Under the pieces are notes generated by a model. It was not told where the DNA came from, ran no database searches, and was given only the letters and a program-made list of their open reading frames with translations. Below, in pieces: positions 26,153-34,935 of a stretch of DNA of 64,000 nucleotides (position 1 is the first letter of the stretch; every line of letters begins with the position of its first letter). The DNA is from a virus. Lineage: Duplodnaviria > Caudoviricetes. Both the position numbers and the translations under genes were made by a program. The DNA is taken from the IMG/VR virus record IMGVR_UViG_3300011423_000008, positions 7,760-71,759 of that record, one strand, 5' to 3'.

Positions 26153-26524
26153 ATGCAAACACTAGAAAAAAAAGTTCAAGTCAAACTATCTAAAGGCGAA
26201 GAATTACGTCTTAGGTTTTTGGCTCGCCTTAAGCGAGTACTGGCGCATACCGAAAACAAAGTTAAAGAGCGCGTAGCGCTGTTCATCGGTTTGACTGGCA
26301 ATTCGGTTAAACTGGACACAAGCAAAAGCGCATACCGTATCGAGTACGGGGAAAACCTTTTTCCCTGCGAAATGGTTTATGACGGTTTGACAGTCGCGAC
26401 GCTAACGGTATGCGACAACCCCCTAGCGTGCGACTTGGCATTGCTAAAAGAGGAGTACCCTGAAGCTTATCAGGCGTGCGTCTCTGCTAACGGTAGGCAC
26501 GTGCGTCTTATCATTAAGAAGTAA
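26153..26524 (+). CDS. hypothetical protein
   Basis: ATG ORF, 123 aa. Confidence 0.65.
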   Translation: MQTLEKKVQVKLSKGEELRLRFLARLKRVLAHTENKVKERVALFIGLTGNSVKLDTSKSAYRIEYGENLFPCEMVYDGLTVATLTVCDNPLACDLALLKEEYPEAYQACVSANGRHVRLIIKK

Positions 26525-26628
26525 GGTACCTTTATGGGTTTGATCATAGTGTGCGCCATTGGCGTAGCATTCGCCTTTAGTGCGTTTTTGATAGTGTTGA
26601 ACGTAACAGGCAAGGGAAAGGCGAGCGA

Positions 26629-26832
26629 ATGAATATAGAGCCAATAGAGACGCAAGAGAGTACGCTTGAGAGCGTAGAGGAAAGGGAAGCAAACGATTGC
26701 TTTTCACCTAAGGCGCTCGCCAAGGCTAAAGCCGAAATTACCGAACAGTGGGAACAGTGGAAGCGTACGCGCAAGCCGATAGCAATTCGATGCATCGGCA
26801 AGCGGGTTGTAATTGACTACGCTAACGAGTGA
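26629..26832 (+). CDS. hypothetical protein
   Basis: ATG ORF before a terminator. Confidence 0.55.
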   Translation: MNIEPIETQESTLESVEEREANDCFSPKALAKAKAEITEQWEQWKRTRKPIAIRCIGKRVVIDYANE

Positions 26833-26841
26833 ACACAACGC

Positions 26842-26870
26842 AAGGGGGTACGCTGGTACCCCCTTTTATT
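26842..26870 (+). terminator. intrinsic terminator
   Basis: AAGGGGGTAC-GCTG-GTACCCCCTT-TTATT. Confidence 0.8.
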
Positions 26871-27497
26871 TTGGGGTGAATGTACAGTGAACTAGTAGGC
26901 TTTGACTTATAGGGCGTTTTGTTTCCAGTACCATATAGACCTAGCGGAAAGGAATTAGTCTACATTTTACATTTGTGTAACATGCTGTCGTTACAGTGGG
27001 TTGTACAAATGCAACATGAATACTCAAGAGTCCATCAGAATGCCCTATAACTCATTTAAACGCTTAGAAACAGGTCTATTGTTGGCATGGTTCTTGCCAA
27101 GTCTACATTTACCCGCCCCGTCGAATGATGAAAAGTAGAAAAAGTCGAAATTTTTTTGGCCGGGGGCCGGGGTTTATTTCCTGCTCCAAATTAAAATTAA
27201 TCAAAAACGTTCAGAAAAAATTATCTTTATTTAACTATATTCTCCTATTAGTCTTCTTATCTCTCTCTAGAACCCCCGAATCAAAAAAACCCAAAATAAA
27301 AAAAATAGAGTTTCCGTTCAGGAAACCTTATTATCTAGTAATAAATAATTATGTTATTAACTTGTAGGAAATGTAAAAAAGAAAAGGAAGAAAATGAGTT
27401 TCCCGTTCAAAAAGATAAAAGATTTGGGCGGGGGAGTTGGTGTTATCTATGCAAAAGGAAAGTGGAACAGGAACGTTACGCTCGCCGTTCAGAAAAG

Positions 27498-27704
27498 CTA
27501 TAGACAGCAATAATTAAAATATTGTAATTCAGTGACGGGATTTAGGAATAATTTTTTGCATTGGCCGCATTTTAATTTTTCAATAATTTGTCTTTGGTAA
27601 ATGCATTTTTGATCATCTTTATCAATTATCTCCCAATCATGAATTACATAATAAGAAATCATCGCATGGGACTCAGAGGGAATATGTTGGCATTCGTCCT
27701 TCAC
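27498..27704 (-). CDS. Cys/His-containing hypothetical protein
   Basis: ATG ORF, CQH...CGQC. Confidence 0.45.
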   Translation of the reverse strand: MKDECQHIPSESHAMISYYVIHDWEIIDKDDQKCIYQRQIIEKLKCGQCKKLFLNPVTELQYFNYCCL

Positions 27705-27729
27705 TAATTAAATTATACACTTAAATTAG

Positions 27730-27736
27730 GTGTAAT
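27730..27736 (+). promoter_or_regulatory. putative late promoter motif
   Basis: GTGTAAT 24 nt before ATG. Confidence 0.6.
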
Positions 27737-27760
27737 ATATAATATAATATTAAGAAAAAT

Positions 27761-28552
27761 ATGAAATTTTTGAAATGGTTATTGGTTTTGTTTTGTTTGG
27801 GTGCGACAATCTCTAATTTTGCTCAATATGGTACGGGGGTTGGTTTTGATAAAACTACAGGGTTAGTTAATCCAAGTTGGTATTATTATGTCTTCGGCGC
27901 GGGGACTCGTTACGCGGACGCGAGCGGCACCACTCCTTCTTTATCTTGGAATTATAATGTTCATAAAATTACTTTGAGCGGTAACACGGTCTACTCTTTT
28001 GCTAATGCGCCAAGTTTGGCTAATACTATTCGTCCAATGCATGTAGTTGTAATTGGCGACGGAACTTATACTTTCACAACCGCCGCGAGTATTACATGGG
28101 TCACGCCAACGTCTACTCCAATTAGTGGTTATAATGAATATATTTTTGAATATCATGCGGGCGGCACCATTTACGGCTGGCAATTAAGTAGAATTGAATG
28201 TTTTGAATTTGATATTTCGGGCGACGAAACGACCGCGTTAACAACTGGCACCGCAAAATATACGTGGCGGACTCCTTGTGCTTTTTATGTTACGAGTGTT
28301 CGCGCTAGTTTAACTACTACGTCCAGTTCGGGTAATCCGGCCATTGATATCAATGAGGGCGGGTCTTCTATTTTTACTACAACTTTGACGATTGATTCAA
28401 GCGAAACCACTTCTACAACAGCCGCAACCGCCGCCGTGATTGGGGGCGCGGGGCCGCAATTAGCCGACGATGCATCAATTACTTTTGATATTGATACAGC
28501 CGGAACCGGCGCGGCGGGTCTGAAAATTAAGATTTACGGTTATAGAAATTAA
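27761..28552 (+). CDS. tail-fibre-associated beta-rich protein with signal-peptide-like N-terminus
   Basis: Thr/Ser-rich; C-terminal TGTAKYTWRTP...DINEGG...ITFDID domain recalled from phage tail proteins. Confidence 0.55.
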   Translation: MKFLKWLLVLFCLGATISNFAQYGTGVGFDKTTGLVNPSWYYYVFGAGTRYADASGTTPSLSWNYNVHKITLSGNTVYSFANAPSLANTIRPMHVVVIGDGTYTFTTAASITWVTPTSTPISGYNEYIFEYHAGGTIYGWQLSRIECFEFDISGDETTALTTGTAKYTWRTPCAFYVTSVRASLTTTSSSGNPAIDINEGGSSIFTTTLTIDSSETTSTTAATAAVIGGAGPQLADDASITFDIDTAGTGAAGLKIKIYGYRN

Positions 28553-28554
28553 TT

Positions 28555-30396
28555 ATGTTAAAAAGGTTATTGATTTTAGTTTGTTTGTTAAGTTTAACAT
28601 TTTTTGGCTTCGGGGCCACATATTACGTTCGCACAGACGGGGCGGATACGAATGATGGGTTAGCGAATGTTGCCGATACTACCGGAACATCTGGGCAAGC
28701 ATGGAGAACAATTGGCAAAGGAACCTCTGCGATGGTAGCGGGAGATACCCTTCGTGTTCAGGCGGGAGATTATAGCACAGAAGGTTTGCTTACCGAAACA
28801 ACCGATGGCACTTCCGCAAATCGAATTACTTATCTTGCAGACGGGGCAATAGGTACAGTTATTATTCGTGGTTTTTATGTTAACGGCGCGGATAATGTAA
28901 GTGTGATTGGTTTTGAAGTTACTCACGCTACCGAACAATCCTATGTTGGGATTCGTGTTAATAGCGCAACTAATGTTTGGGTTCTTGATAACTATATCCA
29001 TCATACTTCCGCCGCGCAAGATGGTTCTGGTGTTTTTTATGGAAATTCCCCCTTTTTGATAATTCGTGGGAATACAATAGATTATCCGGGTTATCGAACA
29101 GTAGAGGCGGGGAGTAGTACAGACGCTCAAGCCGCAGTTGGAGTAGGCTATTTAGCAACTAATAACACCCCGATTTTAGTTGAATACAACACCTTCAGTC
29201 ACGCAAACGATTGGTTGACTCCGGGCGGAGAATATCATATTTATAGAAATAACATCCTTGGCCCTACAACAATGAATGATTTTGGTGCTAATGGCGGACC
29301 AGAAGGAGAAGGGCCGCACGCAGATGGAGCACAACCCGATAACGGATGGAGATATAGTTGGATGTATAGCAATTGGCATTTTAATAATCCAATTATGCAT
29401 TCCCATTTATATCTGGATGAGGCGGGAGCGGGACCAACTTATAATATAACGCTTGTTAAAAATATCTCAATCCGCTCAGGAGACAGGTTAACTGTTCAAT
29501 GGAGAGTTTCAGATAACCATTTAGGAGCGCATCAAACTGTTGGCGAGGTTGGAAGCGGTCCAAGGGGTGGGCCGGGGACCGGGGATTTTTATTATATTTG
29601 GGGGACTTCAATAGGTAACGTTAGTCGTAATAACTTATTTTACCAAACAACTAGCAGTTCTGGGTTATACACAGTTGAATCAGGAAGCGCCCTGACGTTC
29701 GACCATGACCTTTCTTATCCAAATGGAAGTAGCGCATTTATTAATGCGGACCCGCAATTTACTGATTATAGCGCAAATACCGCAACCGGATTTATGCCCC
29801 AATCTGGTTCCCCGGCGGTAGATGTTGGTGCGGCATTAACTACCACTTCTTCTTCTGGTTCGTCAACTACCAGTGTTCCGGTTGGAAACGCCTATTGGTT
29901 TCACGGAACTTTAAATGGATTTTTGGTGGATAAAATGAAAATTTATGTTGGCGGAAATAACAATGTTGAAGTTGAAAGTATCGATTATTCCACGCATACT
30001 ATTACCGTTAGTTCTGCGATTACTTTTTCCAGCGGAGCGAGTGTTGGTTATGCCTACGAAGGTTCTGGCCCGGATTTGGGAGCTTTGGAATATCGTTCGG
30101 GCGGATATGCATTAAGCGGCACTATAAGTCATAGTGGCAGCGATTATACAGTTACTCCTAATGATAGCGCCCTAGTTCGATATGTAATTTTCTATGAAGA
30201 TAGAAGGCCCCAAACCCCAGATTCGACAAGTCCATATACATATACAAGTTCGGGCGGAACAGTTACGGCTAATCTTTATGCGTTGAATGCTTCCGATGAC
30301 CCGGTTGTTGCTGCAACCGAAGCGGCTTCTTCAACTGCTAATCCAAGAATGTTAAATAAAACTGGTGGCAAAATAATTTATTATCAAAAAAAATAA
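28555..30396 (+). CDS. right-handed parallel beta-helix (pectate-lyase-like) protein with signal peptide
   Basis: TYYVRTDG.D.NDG...AWRTI.K...AGDTL.V.AG.Y start and repeated beta-helix turns. Confidence 0.75.
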   Translation: MLKRLLILVCLLSLTFFGFGATYYVRTDGADTNDGLANVADTTGTSGQAWRTIGKGTSAMVAGDTLRVQAGDYSTEGLLTETTDGTSANRITYLADGAIGTVIIRGFYVNGADNVSVIGFEVTHATEQSYVGIRVNSATNVWVLDNYIHHTSAAQDGSGVFYGNSPFLIIRGNTIDYPGYRTVEAGSSTDAQAAVGVGYLATNNTPILVEYNTFSHANDWLTPGGEYHIYRNNILGPTTMNDFGANGGPEGEGPHADGAQPDNGWRYSWMYSNWHFNNPIMHSHLYLDEAGAGPTYNITLVKNISIRSGDRLTVQWRVSDNHLGAHQTVGEVGSGPRGGPGTGDFYYIWGTSIGNVSRNNLFYQTTSSSGLYTVESGSALTFDHDLSYPNGSSAFINADPQFTDYSANTATGFMPQSGSPAVDVGAALTTTSSSGSSTTSVPVGNAYWFHGTLNGFLVDKMKIYVGGNNNVEVESIDYSTHTITVSSAITFSSGASVGYAYEGSGPDLGALEYRSGGYALSGTISHSGSDYTVTPNDSALVRYVIFYEDRRPQTPDSTSPYTYTSSGGTVTANLYALNASDDPVVAATEAASSTANPRMLNKTGGKIIYYQKK

Positions 30397-30417
30397 TTCG
30401 TTAAACTCTTTGAGAAC

Positions 30418-30424
30418 GTGTAAT
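30418..30424 (+). promoter_or_regulatory. putative late promoter motif
   Basis: GTGTAAT upstream of phoH. Confidence 0.6.
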
Positions 30425-30449
30425 ATATATTGAACTTACGTTCTTAAAA

Positions 30450-31208
30450 ATGAACAAGAAGAAAGACGTTTCGCCGGTTGTTCCCCAACGGAACAAATTT
30501 AAAGAAACTCTAACCATTCAGCCTTTTGAATGGACGGAAAAACAAAAACAATTCATAAGTTTAGTAACTAATAAAAATACTAAAATTGTGTTTCTCAATG
30601 GCCCCGCTGGTACTTCCAAGACTTATTTATCTGTATATTTAGGCTTAGTATTCTTAGCGGAGAAAAGAGTCTCGGATTTAATTTACATTCGGACGGTAAT
30701 CGAAAGCGCATCTAAAGGATTGGGTTATTTACCCGGAGAAAGTGAAGATAAATTCGCGCCGTTTATGATGCCTCTAGAAGATAAATTACATGAATTGTTA
30801 AATGGAGGCGATGTTCAAAAATTAAAAAATGATAATAGAGTTCAAGCTATCCCTATTAATTATTTACGGGGCGCGAATCTAAACGCCAAGTTTATTCTCG
30901 CGGACGAATCACAGAATTTTGATTTTAAAGAATTGACTACTTTAATTACTCGTTTTGGGCGCTTTTCCAAAATGATTGTGTGCGGCGATACACGCCAATC
31001 AGATATTAATGGAAAAAGTGGTTTTAAAGATATGTATAATTTATTCAACGACGAAGAAAGCCGCAATAATGGCATTCATTGTTTTGAATTTACCAAAGAA
31101 GATGTAGTGCGTTCCGAGGAAGTAAAGTTTATTCTCGGGAAGCTAGACCAACACAACGAATTGTTGTTAAAATCTAAACATTCAACTTCGACCGAAAAGA
31201 TTCAATAA
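30450..31208 (+). CDS. phoH: PhoH-family ATPase
   Basis: GPAGTSKT Walker A, LGYLPG, YLRG, ADESQN, GDTRQSD. Confidence 0.95.
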   Translation: MNKKKDVSPVVPQRNKFKETLTIQPFEWTEKQKQFISLVTNKNTKIVFLNGPAGTSKTYLSVYLGLVFLAEKRVSDLIYIRTVIESASKGLGYLPGESEDKFAPFMMPLEDKLHELLNGGDVQKLKNDNRVQAIPINYLRGANLNAKFILADESQNFDFKELTTLITRFGRFSKMIVCGDTRQSDINGKSGFKDMYNLFNDEESRNNGIHCFEFTKEDVVRSEEVKFILGKLDQHNELLLKSKHSTSTEKIQ

Positions 31209-32004
31209 TTTTTTTGTCATCTTTATCGGTGGCAATCTTTAATTGCGTGTCCAACATGTCTAATACTTCATCGGGAGTATAGGTTTTGTTGGGCGCGAAT
31301 TCTTTTTGCTTTTTAAATTCACTTCTTACGTTTCCGATACCGTGAATAGTTGATTCGACGGTTTTTTTACCAACAACCCCCAAGACATGAGCTAAAGACG
31401 GAATAGCTGAAATAACTTTTCCGACAATCATGGTAAAAACAGGAATTAACGGCGGAAAAAATACCATTAAAGCCACAATGCTTCCTAGAACCAATGTCCA
31501 CCCGCCCCATACCCAAATTCTATGAATAATGCTTTTGTTTCTTTCTGCCTCATATTTCTCGCCCATCGCTTGAAGCTTGGATTCCAACTCTTGAGTTTTG
31601 GCCCGCCAATTAGTTTCTTCGTTTTCTTTAATACCTTGTTTTTTTTCTTCGGCTTGGCGGACATTTTGATTAGTAGATAATAAATTACTTACTACTTTGG
31701 TTTGATCGATAATCGGCAATCCAATAAGATTTTGATTGCGACGTAAAAACTCAGAAGTAATACTATTGGCCGCGTCCGCGCCCTCAATACTTAATTTAGC
31801 TTGTTCGTAATCTTGTGCGCCGATTGCTACTTTGGTTTCTCCTATTTTTTGTTCGGTAAATTTAGTAGAAATATTCGCGGCGGCATTGTTTTCCTTCAGG
31901 CGTTCTTCAATTTTAACGTCTGTTTTTAATAAGCCCTTTTTGAAATATGTACAGCCGGAAAATGCAATTCCCAAAGCTAAAAGTAAAATATAATATTTTT
32001 TCAT
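31174..32004 (-). CDS. lipoprotein with coiled coil and internal TM (possible unimolecular spanin)
   Basis: Lipobox FSGC, helical periplasmic segment, hydrophobic stretch at about aa 163-200. Confidence 0.55.
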   Translation of the reverse strand: MKKYYILLLALGIAFSGCTYFKKGLLKTDVKIEERLKENNAAANISTKFTEQKIGETKVAIGAQDYEQAKLSIEGADAANSITSEFLRRNQNLIGLPIIDQTKVVSNLLSTNQNVRQAEEKKQGIKENEETNWRAKTQELESKLQAMGEKYEAERNKSIIHRIWVWGGWTLVLGSIVALMVFFPPLIPVFTMIVGKVISAIPSLAHVLGVVGKKTVESTIHGIGNVRSEFKKQKEFAPNKTYTPDEVLDMLDTQLKIATDKDDKKIIESFRSKLNV

Positions 32005-32327
32005 TTTTTATTCTTTTTCTTGCCGTCAGGTTGCCAGCCAAGGAGGATAATCATTTCTGCTAGAGTCATGGCAAACCGGCGAGCCACTTTCTCTTTTTCC
32101 TCGAAAACGAAAGCGTGGAAAATTTCTTCAATTAAAACTTGTAATTTACGCTTATTCTTTAGTCGAGAATCTACAATGATTTTGGGTTTTCCGCCTTCAG
32201 GATTTTCACAAATCCCATCTGCGTCCTTGGCTTGACAACCTTTTAAATCGGCCTTGCGAATTTTTCGGTAGTAAAGCTTAAATTTAACACCTTCTGCGTT
32301 TTTAAACTCAATCACCGCTCTTTTCAC
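32001..32327 (-). CDS. small metallopeptidase-like protein
   Basis: LIEEIFHAF, a variant of HExxH. Confidence 0.45.
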   Translation of the reverse strand: MKRAVIEFKNAEGVKFKLYYRKIRKADLKGCQAKDADGICENPEGGKPKIIVDSRLKNKRKLQVLIEEIFHAFVFEEKEKVARRFAMTLAEMIILLGWQPDGKKKNKK

Positions 32328-32334
32328 ATATTAT

Positions 32335-32341
32335 ATTACAC
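32335..32341 (-). promoter_or_regulatory. putative late promoter motif
   Basis: GTGTAAT on the - strand just before the GTG start at 32327. Confidence 0.55.
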
Positions 32342-33124
32342 AATATCTTTCCGATAAACTGTAACGGTACCCTTTTTACTTGCGGCTATTCGGGCGACTT
32401 TATTAGCAAATTTTATGCTTTCAATAATATCTCCTTGCTCTAAGTACTTGACTACCAACCCGGCGAGAGCGGAATCGCCACATCCTACTACATCTCTAAC
32501 TTCAATGGGATCAATAGGATAGACTTTTCCTTTGAATTGCATTCCTCGTTTTCCTAAAGTAACAATGGTTCCTTTTCGGCAAAAATCGTCGGGGTTTATA
32601 TTATGTTTTAAATTGTTCTCATATTCGGTTTGATTAATTTTAATAAAATCAATATATTGATATTTTTCAGAAAAAATATCTTTAGAATCTAAAAAAGTAG
32701 GTATGTTTAGAATATGGCATTTTTGACTAATTTTAAAAATATCGTCAGACAACAAAAATCCCTTATTATAAGAACTAATCACAACAGCCTTATAAGCTTT
32801 CAAATTATCTTTTTTTATTAATTTATCAACAATTTTAGACGAAATACGATCTACTTTGTCGTTTTCGTCTACGCGTAATAAAATATAATTAGAATTTTTG
32901 TCTATATAACGAGTTTTACGTATTAGTTTATCATTATATACAAAATCGATGCCTAGTTTGGGATTTAGGCCCTTGATGTTATTATAAACATTTCCGGCCA
33001 TTCCTTTGGTTGCCGATGTTATATAAGGAGTTATTACTGGAGTTGGAGCTTCGGGATTTAAACGATTACAATCTCCATACATAAACACATCTAGACATTT
33101 TTCACCTAATAATAAAATTTTCAT
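32336..33124 (-). CDS. hldE: PfkB-family kinase, RfaE/HldE domain I-like (heptose-7-phosphate kinase)
   Basis: LDVFMYGDCNRLNPEAPTPV, GMAGNV, VTLG, DVVGCGDS. Confidence 0.85.
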   Translation of the reverse strand: MKILLLGEKCLDVFMYGDCNRLNPEAPTPVITPYITSATKGMAGNVYNNIKGLNPKLGIDFVYNDKLIRKTRYIDKNSNYILLRVDENDKVDRISSKIVDKLIKKDNLKAYKAVVISSYNKGFLLSDDIFKISQKCHILNIPTFLDSKDIFSEKYQYIDFIKINQTEYENNLKHNINPDDFCRKGTIVTLGKRGMQFKGKVYPIDPIEVRDVVGCGDSALAGLVVKYLEQGDIIESIKFANKVARIAASKKGTVTVYRKDIV

Positions 33125-33678
33125 AATAATTCTTCTAAAGCCGTAGCGACGATTTTTATTTCTTCTTTGGTGGCGTTGTTTTTAATACGGTTTGCTTTAT
33201 GAGAAATTACCCAAATGTTATCTTTGGTGTACCCTAATTTTGGATTTTTTCTGTCTAAGGATGGCGAAAATGGTAAACTTTTATTCGCACCAAAAATAAA
33301 TGGTTTTTTAAAAATTGGACACATTTTGGGAATAGTAATGTCATTAATTTTAATATCGAAAGGGATGTTTTGCTGTTTAGCTCTATGTTTAGCATTATGA
33401 AACATGCACCAACGAGGCTCCGTTTGTCTTTTATTTCTTAAATAAAGTTTTGTACTTTGCCTTTGTTTGGCAAGTTGTTCATATAAAGGCACTTGCCATT
33501 CTTTTTTACGAAGTTTTACTGGAGATTTTAAATTAAGACGGGAAGCTCTCCATGCTATTCCGTTAATTGTTCGATTTATTAATAGTTGAGTTAGTTCTTG
33601 TTGATGTATTTTTTGGTAATTCTTAATTAAAATTTCATCTTCTTCGGGAGTCCATTTTTTATAATGTTGGTCTGACAT
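33121..33678 (-). CDS. HNH-type homing endonuclease with N-terminal Myb-like HTH
   Basis: KKWTPEEDEIL; SPSLDRKNPKLGYTKDNIWVISHKANRIKN. Confidence 0.75.
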   Translation of the reverse strand: MSDQHYKKWTPEEDEILIKNYQKIHQQELTQLLINRTINGIAWRASRLNLKSPVKLRKKEWQVPLYEQLAKQRQSTKLYLRNKRQTEPRWCMFHNAKHRAKQQNIPFDIKINDITIPKMCPIFKKPFIFGANKSLPFSPSLDRKNPKLGYTKDNIWVISHKANRIKNNATKEEIKIVATALEELL

Positions 33679-33740
33679 ATATATTATTTTATCCTAAAGA
33701 AGATTAAAATACAATTATTTATTAGTTTATTTAAGAAAAA

Positions 33741-33747
33741 GTGTAAT
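33741..33747 (+). promoter_or_regulatory. putative late promoter motif
   Basis: GTGTAAT. Confidence 0.6.
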
Positions 33748-33756
33748 ATTATATAT

Positions 33757-34227
33757 TTGATTATGACTTTTTTGTATTGTGATTGCGGGGCAAGAACTGT
33801 GCAAGGTCCAACTATAGCAAAGTTTTGCTCGGGATGTGGACAGCCATTTGTTAAAACAAGCACAGCCGAAATTAAAAAACCAGCCATTATTCCTGCCGCT
33901 CAACCCAAGAAAAGAAGACCCGTTTATATTGAGCCCGATGAACCCGATGAAAATGACGAAATTGAAGACGAAAACGATGATGATTTTGAAATTGACGAAG
34001 ATACAAAAGCCGCTATTCGTGCTCAAGCCGCCTCTGAACCCAATCCCCTAGAAGTCGAAATATCGGGGCCTCATACAGTAAAAATTAGCGATTTGGCTAA
34101 AGGTAGTAAAGTTGTTCCAGTTAACAAAATGAACCTTCGGGGAACAAAGCCCAAGAAAATATCCGACGCGGAATTTGAGAGAGAATGGCAAGCAGAAGCG
34201 GGGACTTCTAGAAGAAAAAATAAATAA
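33757..34227 (+). CDS. zinc-ribbon protein with acidic linker
   Basis: YCDCGA...FCSGCG. Confidence 0.75.
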   Translation: MIMTFLYCDCGARTVQGPTIAKFCSGCGQPFVKTSTAEIKKPAIIPAAQPKKRRPVYIEPDEPDENDEIEDENDDDFEIDEDTKAAIRAQAASEPNPLEVEISGPHTVKISDLAKGSKVVPVNKMNLRGTKPKKISDAEFEREWQAEAGTSRRKNK

Positions 34228-34907
34228 TGAATCCTCCTAAAATTACATTCGAAGATTCTATCACTATTGTTAATGAAGAAATTGCAAAACGACGCAATAA
34301 ATGGACGTTAACTGCCATTCAATGGATGGATTTTGATGATATATCTCAAATTATTAGAGTCCATATTCATAGTAAGTGGGACATGTGGGATCAGGCGCGT
34401 CCAATTAGACCTTGGCTACATGCTATCGTTTGTAATCAAATTAATAATGTAATTCGTAATATTTATAAAAATCATGCGCGGCCTTGTTTAAATTGCGCGG
34501 CGAACGAAGGGGGAAACTTATGCTCTATTTTTAATACTCAATGTAATAGTTGCCCCTTATTTGCCCAATGGTCTAAAACTAAAAAAAACGCTTATGATAT
34601 AAAACTTCCTTTGGCCTTGGAGTTTCATTATAACGAAATTTCAGAAAAACCTGAAATGTTTTTAGATATGGAAAAGGCCAGCGGGCTTCTTCATGCTAAA
34701 ATGAAAGGCGTTTTGAAGCCCATAGAATATCGGGTTTACAAATATTTATATATTGATGGGGGCAACGAAGAAGGAGTAGCTAAATTACTAGGTTTTAAAA
34801 CATCGGAAAAAGGGCGGCAAGCCGGATATAGACAGCTAAAAAATATTAAAGATTCCATTTTAGAGAAAGCCAAGAAACTTATTTATTCTGACGAAATCGA
34901 TTTATAA
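34227..34907 (+). CDS. phage RNA polymerase sigma factor (ECF-like) with Cys-rich insertion
   Basis: Region 2 pattern DFDDISQ...WDQARPIRPWLHAIVCNQINN; C-terminal HTH. Confidence 0.75.
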   Translation: MNPPKITFEDSITIVNEEIAKRRNKWTLTAIQWMDFDDISQIIRVHIHSKWDMWDQARPIRPWLHAIVCNQINNVIRNIYKNHARPCLNCAANEGGNLCSIFNTQCNSCPLFAQWSKTKKNAYDIKLPLALEFHYNEISEKPEMFLDMEKASGLLHAKMKGVLKPIEYRVYKYLYIDGGNEEGVAKLLGFKTSEKGRQAGYRQLKNIKDSILEKAKKLIYSDEIDL

Positions 34908-34908
34908 A

Positions 34909-34915
34909 GTGTAAA
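34909..34915 (+). promoter_or_regulatory. putative late promoter motif
   Basis: GTGTAAA. Confidence 0.55.
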
Positions 34916-34935
34916 TACTTATAGCGCAAGTATAT

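Noticed and set aside
972-26801. Minus-strand ORFs in the early region (and + strand ORFs such as 41047, 41862, 52126 in the tRNA array)
   Set aside because: They are antisense shadows of tiled genes or tRNAs, with no promoter context or recognisable motifs.
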